From contig JBIOXB010000142.1 in assembly GCA_044869275.1 (NCBI GenBank), forward strand, positions 1 through 47,214: a stretch of DNA of 47,214 bases, given 5' to 3'. Source of the DNA: a bacterium (GTDB lineage: Bacteria > Zhuqueibacterota > Zhuqueibacteria > Zhuqueibacterales > Zhuqueibacteraceae). Position 1 is the first letter of the stretch; each line of letters begins with the position of its first letter. The notes under the pieces were generated by a model. The model made no database searches. It was not told the DNA's origin and saw nothing but the letters and a program-made list of their open reading frames with translations. A program made the translations under genes and the position numbers. This document shows positions 19,088 to 28,474 of this stretch, piece by piece.

Positions 19088-19151
19088 CAAAATACAAAAT
19101 CCAAGATTGGCTTTGAGTTTTGAACTTTGGATTTTGAATTTTTTTGCGAAA
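19088..19151. repeat. Heptamer-based inverted repeat (CAAAATC/GATTTTG family)
   Basis: CAAAATACAAAATCCAAG...TTTTGAACTTTGGATTTTGAATTT; near-identical copy in the opposite orientation at 40664-40740. Confidence 0.7.
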
Positions 19152-19155
19152 CACC

Positions 19156-19179
19156 GTGCCCCAAGGCACAACTACAAAC
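19156..19179 (-). repeat. GTAG-type REP copy
   Basis: Minus strand GTTTGTAGTTGTGCCTTGGGGCAC, like 26021, 28421 and 46105. Confidence 0.55.
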
Positions 19180-19185
19180 AATGAT

Positions 19186-20571
19186 ATGAGAAGCGCAACT
19201 CTCAAAGCCAGGGCCAGCCGCGCCCTGCTCTTCGCCTTGTTAGGTTATTTGATTGTCATCTTCTCGCCCGACGTCTGCCTGCCCGGCGATGATGAGTTTG
19301 CGCTTCCCGCCCGCAGCTCAGGTGCTTTGACCTTTTATGCGGACATTTATCAATTTGAAGGCGCCGGCGGCAAAACGCGGGCGGAAATTTGTTACACCAT
19401 CGATCTTAAACAATTATACGCGCCCGCTTCCCGTAATCAGGCAGCCGTGCTTTTCATTGACTTGAAGTTGAATTCGAATGAGGGCGAGCGTCTGGCTGAC
19501 ATTCATGAGCGCAAAACCCTCATGCTCACCCGCGAGCGTACGGAACAAGACTATGCCTTTGTCGACCTCAAGAAATTCGAGCTGGCGCCCGGTGACGCCA
19601 GTTTGGAGCTTGCCATGCGCGATTCGGTTACCGCTCAAGCCGGCACTTTGAGGAGACCATTTGTAGTGAGAAAATTTGAGTCCCAGCTTTCCCTGAGTGA
19701 TCTGCTGCTATCGACTCAAATTCAGAAAGCGCAGGGCCAAAGCAATTTTGAAAAGGGCGGACTGATTGTCGTCCCCAACCCCGCGCGCGTGTTCTTGGCG
19801 GAAGATTCTTTGTCACAACTGTTCGTGTATTTTGAGATCAACAATCTCTTCTACGATTCGCAAACACCTGCTGCCTATCAGCTCAGCCTCGTGGTTCACG
19901 ATGCGCGTAAACAGGAAATCTTTTCCACGAGCCGAACAAACACCGCCAAAGCTGGAGGTCGTGGCGCGCGCGTGGAACGGATTCCGTTGGCGAAATTGGC
20001 GGCGGGGCGGCAGCGCTTGACTGTACGAGTGACCGATTTGGCCACGCCTGCCTCATGTGACGCGGAGATCGATTTTGCCTGCGGTGTGAACCAAGGTGAG
20101 ACCGCCGTCATCATTCCCATGTCGGCTGCGGACGTGCAAAAATACTATGATCAGATTAAATATCTCGCCACCACGCAGGAGCAACAGCTCTATTGGCAGC
20201 TTTCGGCAGAAGGCAAGCAGAAGTTCCTGCTGGAGTTTTGGAAAGCGAAGGATCCGACGCCGGCGACGCCTGATAATGAGTTCATGATCGAATACTTCCG
20301 GCGCGTTGCTTATTGTGAGAGTAAATTCGCGGACAAGTTGAATGGTGATATGGCAAAAATATACCTCAGATACGGCCCGCCCATGGAAGTGGTACGCGAG
20401 GCGGCCAGCCCGCGCATTAATCGACCGGTGGAGATTTGGACTTACGCCCTGGAGGGTAAACGGGAATTCGTCTTCGTCGATCGCATCGGCGACGGGCATT
20501 ACGTATTGGTGCATTCCAATCACATGGATGAATACAACAACCCGAATTGGGCGGAGGATTTTAGGAATTGA
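19186..20571 (+). CDS. GWxTD-domain-like exported protein (signature degenerate)
   Basis: FW..KDPTP.TP.NEF..EYFRRV.Y, IYLRYGPP, EIWTY, FVFVD..GDGHY.LVHS; GWxTD replaced by KLNGD. Confidence 0.8.
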   Translation: MRSATLKARASRALLFALLGYLIVIFSPDVCLPGDDEFALPARSSGALTFYADIYQFEGAGGKTRAEICYTIDLKQLYAPASRNQAAVLFIDLKLNSNEGERLADIHERKTLMLTRERTEQDYAFVDLKKFELAPGDASLELAMRDSVTAQAGTLRRPFVVRKFESQLSLSDLLLSTQIQKAQGQSNFEKGGLIVVPNPARVFLAEDSLSQLFVYFEINNLFYDSQTPAAYQLSLVVHDARKQEIFSTSRTNTAKAGGRGARVERIPLAKLAAGRQRLTVRVTDLATPASCDAEIDFACGVNQGETAVIIPMSAADVQKYYDQIKYLATTQEQQLYWQLSAEGKQKFLLEFWKAKDPTPATPDNEFMIEYFRRVAYCESKFADKLNGDMAKIYLRYGPPMEVVREAASPRINRPVEIWTYALEGKREFVFVDRIGDGHYVLVHSNHMDEYNNPNWAEDFRN

Positions 20572-20663
20572 GCTTGATCAGCATGGATGGAATGGTCATT
20601 GGTCAATAAAGCTCGTTGAATCATTTGAATGTGTTGCGTTTGACTGGCGAAGCGATCTCTTGT

Positions 20664-20733
20664 TGTCATGCCCGCGGAAGCGGGCATCCAGACAGTTTGC
20701 AAAGCATGGACTCCCGCTTTCGCGGGAGTGATA
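20664..20733. repeat. Palindromic REP/dRS3-like element
   Basis: GTCATGCCCGCGGAAGCGGGCATCCA...TGGACTCCCGCTTTCGCGGGAGTGA. Confidence 0.8.
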
Positions 20734-20821
20734 TTTGGAGGCACGCCTGCCAGAATGCTACACACTCAAATGATTAGCTCATCTTATCGTAAATCGTTTT
20801 GAATTTATAGGAGGAGCGAAC

Positions 20822-23818
20822 ATGAAATTCCGCGAGAGCAAGTTTGCGTGTTGCGCTTTGTCCCTCTTGCTGATGGCAGCATTCGTGCGTGACCTCCCGG
20901 CCGCTAGCACGGGCAAGATTACGGGCCGCGTCATTGACAACACTACCAAAGAGCCTCTGGTCGGTGCCAATGTACTCGTCCAAGGCACAAACTTTGGCGC
21001 GGCAGCGGATAAAGAAGGCTACTACGTCATACTCAATCTTCCCCCTGGCGTGTTTACGGTCAAAGCGACGATGCTGGGCTACGCCACATTGATTCAGGAA
21101 AGGGCAAAGGTCAGCATTAATCAAACCACGACCATCAATTTTGCCCTGTCGCAGGAAGCACTGCAAGCCGAGACCGTGGTGGTGGAAGCCACGCGGCCCG
21201 TCGTGCAATTGGACATCTCTTCGAGCCAAAACATCGTCACGGCGGAGGCGATTCAAAGCCGGCCGCTGGACAATTTCGAAGAGATTCTTTCCGCTGAAGT
21301 CGGCGTCACCTTGGCGGCTTCGACCGAAGGCACGGGTCTGGTGGTGCGCGGCGGCCAGCTCAACGAAACTGACATCGTCATTGACGGGCTTTCCACGCGC
21401 AACGAAAGAACGCAACAGCCGATGACCAATCTCAGTTTGACCGCCATTCAGGAAGTCGAAATTCTCACCGGTGGATTCAATGCCGAATTCGGCAATATTC
21501 GTTCGGGATTGGTGAACGTGATCACGAAAGAAGGCAGCCTCGAGCGCTACACCTTCAGCTTCGATGGCAAGATTCGGACGCCGGATCGCAAACACTACGG
21601 TCCCAGCCCGTTCAGCACCGCAGGTCCCTTTTGGCAGGTATTTGCCGGGACTGAAGCTTTCTCCGGTGTGACCCAGGAGATGGTGGATCAAGGGAGCTTT
21701 CCTTTCACTTTCGTGGGTTGGAATGAAGTGGCGCGCCAGTTTCTGGCCGACACTGATCCCAACAATGACGCCACACCGCAAGAACTGCTCGAAATTTGGA
21801 AATGGCAGCACCGCAATCGCGAGTACGCGAACGAGCCGGATTTCATCGGAGATTTTTCGCTCGGCGGGCGCGTGCCTTTGACTTCGGTCTCGTTTCTGTT
21901 GTCGCAACGCTACGAAGACCTCCAGCTCGTTTATCCCTTCAGCCGCAACAACTCCATCGCCAGCTCCACTTTGCTCAAGTTGACCAAGCAGCTGTCCCCC
22001 GTCATGAAAGTCACTTTGAATAATTCCTACATTTTGGTCAAAGGCGTGGACGGCTCGATTTATGACGACACCAACGGCATGATTACCGGCACGCGTGAAG
22101 GGGCGGAGTACGCGCGCGACGCTTTTTTCTGGCGCTACATCTGGCACGATGCGAATTTCAATCCGATTGAAACGCGGCAATATCGCGGCGGCCTCTCGTT
22201 GAATCACGTTTTGAATCCCAAAACCTTTTACGATTTGCGCCTGGAGTACACCAATTTTCAAACCCGGCAGGAACCCATCGGCCTGCGCGACACCACCGGC
22301 ATCAAGCAAATTGGCAACCACTGGTTTGATGAGCAGCCGTTCGGCTACGTGGGCAGCGCGCTCGGGGGCGGCATTACCGAGCAGTACGATATCCTGGGTG
22401 ATTTTCTGATGTCCGGCGGCGGCCGTGGCCAGGATCACTCTCATTATTGGGGCGTCAGCCTCAGCGGTGATTTGGTCTCACAAGTCAACAAGCATAATGA
22501 AGTCAAAATGGGGATTGCGTTCGAATATCTCGATTTTCACGAACGCCGCGAGATTAACCACGGCGCGACCACCACGCCGCAAACCGAAGCGCCTTGGCTG
22601 TGGTGGTATTACGATGAAACCCCTATCAAGCTCGCCACTTATGTGCAAGACAAGCTTGAGTTCGAAGGTATGATTGCCAATGTCGGGTTGCGTTTGGATT
22701 ATTACAGCACGCGCACCTCACCATTCAATCTCGATCCGGCGTTCATTTTTGCCAACAATCCTTACACGTTGGATACCTATCGCGCCGATAACAACAGTTT
22801 TGCCGGCTTGACGACTTCGGGGAGTTCCTACAAGCTGTACCTTAGCCCGCGGGTGGGCATCTCGCACCCGATTACCACCACCAGCAAGATCTTCTTCAAT
22901 TACGGCCACTTTCTGCAACCGCTGGTGACCGATCAGCTTTTTCTTACACGGCCTAATTCCACGGGCAGTGGCGCAGACATTCCGAACATTCAAGCCGGCT
23001 GGCCGCGCACCATCGCTTATGAGGTGGGCTTGGAACAGGGGATTAGCAAGGACTTCCTCGTGCGTTTGACGGGTTATTACAAGGATGTATCGGATCAACT
23101 CAGCCCCCAAAATATCGTTTCTATTGATAGTGAAAACGATGTGGCGACCTACGCCAATAACAGCTATGCCGATATACGCGGTCTTGAGCTCAAGCTGGAA
23201 AAACGCTTTGGCCGCTGGTGGCAGGGTTGGGCTTCGCTGGAATATCTCTCCAGAAGCGAAGGCTTGACCGGCTTTCGTTACATTTATGAAGACCGCCAAC
23301 TGGCAGCCCGCCAAAGAGAATCCGCCACCCAAATCAAGCAAAAGGGCGTGCCTTCCGTGACCGCCAACCTCACGTTTAAAACGCCGGCGGACTTTGGCCC
23401 CCGGGTGGCAGGGCTCAATGTGCTGGGCGACTGGCGGTTCAATCTGCTGCAAGCGTGGTCCGACGGCGGCGAAGCGCTGTTGAACTCGGATGCCCCGCTC
23501 AAGGAACAGGTTTACGTTGGGGTGATCGATTATGCCAACACCGACATCCTGCTGGAGAAACGCTTCCAATTCGGCGCCCTGAACCGGCTCGGGTTGTATC
23601 TGCAAGTCAACAATTTGTTCGACAACAAGGGATTTCCGAATCCGTTCAATTACAACCAGTACATTGACTCTCTGCATTTCCCGCATGAACAGGGCGCGCA
23701 GCAGGGCAATGACAAGCTGGGCGAGCATGACAAACCCTATATCGAGCTCGGCTGGAACACGTGGTCGCAATTCGTGAATCCGCGCGAGTATTTTTTTGGA
23801 CTGCGATTTGAATTATAA
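20822..23818 (+). CDS. TonB-dependent receptor with N-terminal carboxypeptidase-regulatory-like domain
   Basis: Signal peptide, TGKITGRVID..T.EPLVGANV, plug VRGG...IDG and GGFNAEFGN..SG.VN.ITKEG, barrel SPRVGISHPI; strong GGAGGAG RBS. Confidence 0.93.
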   Translation: MKFRESKFACCALSLLLMAAFVRDLPAASTGKITGRVIDNTTKEPLVGANVLVQGTNFGAAADKEGYYVILNLPPGVFTVKATMLGYATLIQERAKVSINQTTTINFALSQEALQAETVVVEATRPVVQLDISSSQNIVTAEAIQSRPLDNFEEILSAEVGVTLAASTEGTGLVVRGGQLNETDIVIDGLSTRNERTQQPMTNLSLTAIQEVEILTGGFNAEFGNIRSGLVNVITKEGSLERYTFSFDGKIRTPDRKHYGPSPFSTAGPFWQVFAGTEAFSGVTQEMVDQGSFPFTFVGWNEVARQFLADTDPNNDATPQELLEIWKWQHRNREYANEPDFIGDFSLGGRVPLTSVSFLLSQRYEDLQLVYPFSRNNSIASSTLLKLTKQLSPVMKVTLNNSYILVKGVDGSIYDDTNGMITGTREGAEYARDAFFWRYIWHDANFNPIETRQYRGGLSLNHVLNPKTFYDLRLEYTNFQTRQEPIGLRDTTGIKQIGNHWFDEQPFGYVGSALGGGITEQYDILGDFLMSGGGRGQDHSHYWGVSLSGDLVSQVNKHNEVKMGIAFEYLDFHERREINHGATTTPQTEAPWLWWYYDETPIKLATYVQDKLEFEGMIANVGLRLDYYSTRTSPFNLDPAFIFANNPYTLDTYRADNNSFAGLTTSGSSYKLYLSPRVGISHPITTTSKIFFNYGHFLQPLVTDQLFLTRPNSTGSGADIPNIQAGWPRTIAYEVGLEQGISKDFLVRLTGYYKDVSDQLSPQNIVSIDSENDVATYANNSYADIRGLELKLEKRFGRWWQGWASLEYLSRSEGLTGFRYIYEDRQLAARQRESATQIKQKGVPSVTANLTFKTPADFGPRVAGLNVLGDWRFNLLQAWSDGGEALLNSDAPLKEQVYVGVIDYANTDILLEKRFQFGALNRLGLYLQVNNLFDNKGFPNPFNYNQYIDSLHFPHEQGAQQGNDKLGEHDKPYIELGWNTWSQFVNPREYFFGLRFEL

Positions 23819-23820
23819 GC

Positions 23821-23881
23821 GAGAGCAATACTCGGGCTGTGCAGATCTTGCTTGCGCTTGCAAAACGGAAGTATTGCGCTC
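23821..23881. repeat. Intergenic inverted repeat after the TonB receptor
   Basis: GAGAGCAATACT...AGTATTGCGCTC (11/12 match). Confidence 0.45.
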
Positions 23882-23930
23882 CCGGAAAATCACGAAGTTC
23901 AGACATACGAGACACGCACGGAGGATGATT

Positions 23931-26015
23931 ATGCCAAAGCTCTTTGCCCCTCCCAAAAACCCGGTGTTTTTTTGGCTGCGGGTATGGCTTGGAATCGCCG
24001 CCTTATCCGCCACGGCTCTGCTGGCGCAAAGCCGCACGCACAATCTCGGCGATCTCAAAATGCGGATCGAAGCCTCGGACAACATCAATACCAATGATGT
24101 TGAACCGACCGGAGAATGGCCGCAGGATCAGTTCCGCTACGGGAACGTGGTTTTTCAAAACAACGGCCACAGCGTCGGGTCTTGGGTCGATGAAAACGGC
24201 GCGACCCATTCGAAAGAATCTTTTTTGAGCGGCCCGGTTTCCTACAACGCCAGCGCGCCCTATGGCATTCGCGAAGTCCGGCGCCACCAGCCGCCCGAAG
24301 TTTTGGTCTACGCCAACGGCGAGCTGCAAGTCTCTTCACGCACTTTCAACGGCGAAATCGATCCCGCGCTGCCGGCGGATATGATGATCGAGCTGCGCTA
24401 CAAAGCCGTGCCCGGACTCGACGTGCTGAAGCGCTCCTATTCGTTTTCGAATCCCAATCATGATGACTACGTCATTTTTTACAACCGCTACCTGTGCACA
24501 TTTGATTGGGATCAGGATCCCGAGCCCGAGACCGATACGAATCAGACGCTCCAGGATGTTTACATTGTTTTCGGCTATAACTTTCAAACCGCAGCCGGCA
24601 CGTGGATGACTTACGCGCGCTGGTATGAAGAAGGCAAGGATGATTGGGCCAACTTCGAAACATACACCTCGCAGCTCGTGCCCGGCGGCAGAACCTTGTC
24701 CATTTCTTACGGCTGGGATGGTGATCATCCAGAGATTACGGAATTTGAAACCGGGGGGCCGGTGTTCGACGATACCGGTGATCCGCGCTATGCCATTGGC
24801 GAAGGCGGAACAACCGACTTGCCCTCGGCCGAATTCGTGTCGAGCGCCTACGCGGGCTACGCTGCTTTGCATGCGGATAAAGCGCCCGATGACCGCGCGG
24901 ACGATATCACCCAGCCCCTTTCCATCATTGGAAACATGAGTATCTATAATGTTTGGGATTCCGATTTCCCGGGCTTTGCCACGGAGTGGGACTGGGCCGC
25001 TTCGAGTACCCGGCAAACCGTGGAAGAACAAGCGGGCTGGCCTGGGGATCCGAGCGCGCAGGAGGGCGATTTTCCCTTTCAGGCGTTCGGACCGTACAAC
25101 TTGTCGCTGGGCGATTCGGTCGTGATTGTCTATGCTCTTGGCGTCAACGGCATATCACGCCAGCTCGCCATCGAAAAAGGCCTGGAGTGGCGCGCGTGGT
25201 ATCGCGGTGAGGCGGGTGCGACCTTTGATGACGCGGCGAAAAATGCCCTGCTTGCGACCGGTAAAGATTCTCTGTTCCAAACAATGGATCGCGCGCTCTG
25301 GGCCTGGAATCAACAACTCAACATTCCCGACCCTCTGCCGGCGCCGGATTTGACCGTGACTTCGGGCCCTAACCGCATTGATCTGGATTGGGAAAATCTG
25401 TCACAAACCGGCGATTTTGACACGGGGGTGCCGGATTTGACCGGCTATCGCATCTATCGCAAACGTGGCAACTTTCTGGTCGATGAAGACAGTGAGTTGA
25501 ATGCGGAGGGCACTCACCTGCAATGGGAACGCATCGCCGAAGTGCCCGCGGCACAAACCACGTACACGGACAACGACGTGATTCGCGGCGAAGCGTATCA
25601 CTACGCCGTCACCGCCATGGACAACCAGGGCTTGGAAAGCTCGAGATACGCGAACCGTTCCGAGCTGGCGGCGATTGCTTTTGAGCCTGGAAAGGAAACC
25701 GCGGCGAATGTGCTTATCGTGCCGAACCCGTTTCTGTCCGGCGCCGGTGACTTCAACTTCAGCGGTCAGCGCGCCAACACGATTTTGTTTGTCAATCTTC
25801 CTCCGTATTGCACGCTGCGCATATACACCGTCACCGGCGATTTGATCAAGACCATAGAGCACCAAAGCGGCAGCGCCGACGATCAATGGGATTTAATCAC
25901 TGCTTCCAATCAGTATGTCGCGAGCGGCGTTTACATTTTGCAGGTCGAAAGCGCGCAGAACCTAAATCACGAAGCCCTCGGTGGAAGCATTCACAAATTC
26001 GTCATCGTGAGGTAG
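23931..26015 (+). CDS. Acidic exported protein with FN3-like domain and T9SS/FlgD-like C-terminal sorting domain
   Basis: Signal peptide; PLPAP...I.L.W...GYRIYR...YTD..V..G..YHYAVTA; CTD VPNPF...LRIYTVTGDLI...W......ASGVY...KFVIVR; GGAGG RBS. Confidence 0.82.
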   Translation: MPKLFAPPKNPVFFWLRVWLGIAALSATALLAQSRTHNLGDLKMRIEASDNINTNDVEPTGEWPQDQFRYGNVVFQNNGHSVGSWVDENGATHSKESFLSGPVSYNASAPYGIREVRRHQPPEVLVYANGELQVSSRTFNGEIDPALPADMMIELRYKAVPGLDVLKRSYSFSNPNHDDYVIFYNRYLCTFDWDQDPEPETDTNQTLQDVYIVFGYNFQTAAGTWMTYARWYEEGKDDWANFETYTSQLVPGGRTLSISYGWDGDHPEITEFETGGPVFDDTGDPRYAIGEGGTTDLPSAEFVSSAYAGYAALHADKAPDDRADDITQPLSIIGNMSIYNVWDSDFPGFATEWDWAASSTRQTVEEQAGWPGDPSAQEGDFPFQAFGPYNLSLGDSVVIVYALGVNGISRQLAIEKGLEWRAWYRGEAGATFDDAAKNALLATGKDSLFQTMDRALWAWNQQLNIPDPLPAPDLTVTSGPNRIDLDWENLSQTGDFDTGVPDLTGYRIYRKRGNFLVDEDSELNAEGTHLQWERIAEVPAAQTTYTDNDVIRGEAYHYAVTAMDNQGLESSRYANRSELAAIAFEPGKETAANVLIVPNPFLSGAGDFNFSGQRANTILFVNLPPYCTLRIYTVTGDLIKTIEHQSGSADDQWDLITASNQYVASGVYILQVESAQNLNHEALGGSIHKFVIVR

Positions 26016-26020
26016 GCTCG

Positions 26021-26051
26021 CGTTTGTAGTAACGCCTTTAGGCGCCAAACG
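26021..26051 (+). repeat. GTAG-type REP copy
   Basis: CGTTTGTAGTAACGCCTTTAGGCGCCAAACG just after a stop codon. Confidence 0.65.
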
Positions 26052-26094
26052 TCGAGTTCCTTCAATCGTAAAACATCCCTCTCGGGAGGCACGC

Positions 26095-27096
26095 ATGAAA
26101 GCCATTTACAAAATGAATCTCATGGTCCTGGCCTTGCTGTTCGTGACCTTACCGGCGTTCGGCCAGGGCGTCGATAAAATTGCGCAGACCGGCATGAAAT
26201 GGGTATCCCTGCCGGTGGGTGCGCGCGCCTCGGCGCTGGGCGGCGCGTACACCGCCATGGCTTCCGACGCCGGTGCTGTGTTTTGGAATCCTGCCGGCCT
26301 GGCGCAAGTGGAAGGCGCCCATGTTTTTCTCAACCAGACCCGCTGGATTGCGGACATCAATGTCAATGCCGCCTCCGCCTCTTACCAGCTCACTCACCTC
26401 GGCATCTTCGGCGTGCACGTGATGGCCGTGGATTGGGGCACGCTCAATGGCACACGTTTCACCGGCGGCGCCGGGCTCTATGAACAGACCGGGACCTTTT
26501 CTCCGGAGAGCTGGCTGTTTGGCCTCAGCTATGCCCGCCAAGTTTCCGACAAATTTTCCTTCGGCGGCAACTTGAAGTTCATTCATGAGAATCTCGGCAG
26601 TGCTCAGGAGGGCTCTTTTGCCGGCCCGCAGGAGTTCACTGCCGAAATGAACGTTGTGGCCTTTGATTTCGGCACGATTTTCTACACCGGCTTCAAAGAT
26701 TTCCGCATCGCGATGACCATCCAAAATATTTCAGAAGAGAAGGAATATCGATTTGAATCGTTCCCGTTGCCGCTCAACTTCAAATTCGGCGCCGCCATGG
26801 ACGTGCTGCAGTTGTTTCCCTCGCTCGCCAGCGAGAACCACGGCGTCACGGTATCGGCGGATGCCATTCACCCGCGTGATTTCTCCGAGCGCCTGCACTT
26901 CGGCATGGAATACCAATTCAAGAAAACCCTCTTCCTGCGCGGTGGCTACAAAACCAATTACGACGAAGAAGACTTTACCCTGGGCGGCGGCGCGCGTGTG
27001 AATGTCAGTAATCTCGCGGTCGGCTTGGATTACAGTTATCTGGCGTTCAAGAATTTCGATGCCGTGCACATGTTCTCCTTTGATTTTGGTTTTTGA
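26095..27096 (+). CDS. PorV/PorQ-family outer-membrane beta-barrel
   Basis: PVGARASALGGA..A...D..AVFWNPAGLA motif, alternating beta strands, terminal Phe. Confidence 0.88.
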   Translation: MKAIYKMNLMVLALLFVTLPAFGQGVDKIAQTGMKWVSLPVGARASALGGAYTAMASDAGAVFWNPAGLAQVEGAHVFLNQTRWIADINVNAASASYQLTHLGIFGVHVMAVDWGTLNGTRFTGGAGLYEQTGTFSPESWLFGLSYARQVSDKFSFGGNLKFIHENLGSAQEGSFAGPQEFTAEMNVVAFDFGTIFYTGFKDFRIAMTIQNISEEKEYRFESFPLPLNFKFGAAMDVLQLFPSLASENHGVTVSADAIHPRDFSERLHFGMEYQFKKTLFLRGGYKTNYDEEDFTLGGGARVNVSNLAVGLDYSYLAFKNFDAVHMFSFDFGF

Positions 27097-27155
27097 CGAT
27101 TCGCAGTATTGATTGGCGCATACGCCGTTGTAAATGAGCTGAACATTCACCGGCA

Positions 27156-27248
27156 ATTTACGATTGGCGATTAGCGACTGTCGATTTACGAATGACTCAT
27201 CGGCATCTTAAGTCGCTAATCGTCAATCGCAAATCGCCAATCGTAAAT
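27156..27248. repeat. Heptamer-based inverted repeat (AATCGNN family)
   Basis: Perfect 17-bp arms ATTTACGATTGGCGATT / AATCGCCAATCGTAAAT with 7-nt periodic units inside. Confidence 0.8.
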
Positions 27249-27265
27249 CAAAGAGGAGAGCCCTC

Positions 27266-28420
27266 ATGAAAGATAAAACAATCTTGCTGTCCTGGGCGTG
27301 CGCCGGCGTGCTGATGGCGCTGGCCTGCAACGCGCCCGAGAATCCCGTTTACGGTCCGGATAATCCCGACCCCAATCCTACCGGTTCGCCCGCCGCCACC
27401 ATCACCGCGCTCGATCCTCCGGAAGGATTTCTGAAAGACGTCGTCAAGATTTCCGGCAGCGGTTTCAACACCGAACCAGCATTCAATTTCGTGCAGTTTG
27501 GCAATAGGACTGGAACGGTACTCGCTGCCAGCGCCACCGAATTGTCCGTGCAAACGCCGAATCTTTCCGATGAAACCGTGATGGTGCGCGTGGCGGTCAA
27601 AGGCTCGGAGCTTTGGAGCAATGAGTTGAGTTTTGCCTTCAAGCCCACGCTCACGACGATTGATGATGCCATCTCCTGGCCCAAAGGCGTGGCCGTGGAT
27701 GATTCCGGCAATGTCTACGTGGGCTCCGGCAACGATGGCATCATTTTCAAAATTACGCCCGCCGGTGACAAGTCGGAATTCGCCCCCGTTACCGTCGACG
27801 GCTCCATTCACTTTGGCCCAAACAACTTTCTTTATGTTTGCAATCAAGGTGAAGGCAAAATTGTGCGGGTGTCGCCCGATGGCGGCACGGTGGAAGACTA
27901 CGTCGTGACCGACGGGTTGCACGTTATCGATTTCGATTGGGACGCTGGCGGCGACATGTACATCGTCGCCAATGATTCAGGCATCGTCAAATACGACGCC
28001 GGTGGCAATCTCACTGCAGCTGGTGACCTTGCCACACCTAAAAGCTGCCGTGTCTACGAAAATCATCTCTACGTGACGGATATTTGGGAAACCGGCAGCG
28101 TATGGCGCTTTGATATTACCGCCGCGGGGCTGGAAAATGGCGAGATCATTTATACCAACAGCGACGTTCCGCCGTTGGGTGTGGAGGTCGATATCGAAGG
28201 CACAGTTTACATTTCAGAAGCATGGGACGCGCATTTGCTGGCGATACATACCGACGGTTCCACCGAAAGACTGTACGAAGGCGCTATGTCAGCGCAGATG
28301 CGATATTTGACTTTCCACAAGAAGACTATCTACGCCGTGCATCCCGGCAGCGGAGACATCGGGCTGGTGCTGGGTGCCTACATCGGCGTCGAACAAGCGC
28401 CCAACTATGGGAAACACTAG
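27266..28420 (+). CDS. Lipoprotein with IPT/TIG domain and NHL/SMP-30-like beta-propeller
   Basis: Lipobox ALA-C; IT.LDP..G......ISGSGF; WPKGVAVDDSGNVYV-type repeats. Confidence 0.82.
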   Translation: MKDKTILLSWACAGVLMALACNAPENPVYGPDNPDPNPTGSPAATITALDPPEGFLKDVVKISGSGFNTEPAFNFVQFGNRTGTVLAASATELSVQTPNLSDETVMVRVAVKGSELWSNELSFAFKPTLTTIDDAISWPKGVAVDDSGNVYVGSGNDGIIFKITPAGDKSEFAPVTVDGSIHFGPNNFLYVCNQGEGKIVRVSPDGGTVEDYVVTDGLHVIDFDWDAGGDMYIVANDSGIVKYDAGGNLTAAGDLATPKSCRVYENHLYVTDIWETGSVWRFDITAAGLENGEIIYTNSDVPPLGVEVDIEGTVYISEAWDAHLLAIHTDGSTERLYEGAMSAQMRYLTFHKKTIYAVHPGSGDIGLVLGAYIGVEQAPNYGKH

Positions 28421-28446
28421 CGTTCGTAGTCGCGCCTTTAGGCGCC
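28421..28446 (+). repeat. GTAG-type REP copy
   Basis: CGTTCGTAGTCGCGCCTTTAGGCGCC directly after a stop codon. Confidence 0.65.
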
Positions 28447-28474
28447 TCATCATGTCGTGCATAGCACAGCAATT

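Noticed and set aside
20774..22444. 556-aa minus-strand ORF
   Set aside because: Antisense shadow of the TonB receptor; no motifs
27156..27248. CRISPR array or tRNA (also considered for 34107-34270 and 37914-37980)
   Set aside because: No constant repeat with unique spacers, no cloverleaf, no cas genes
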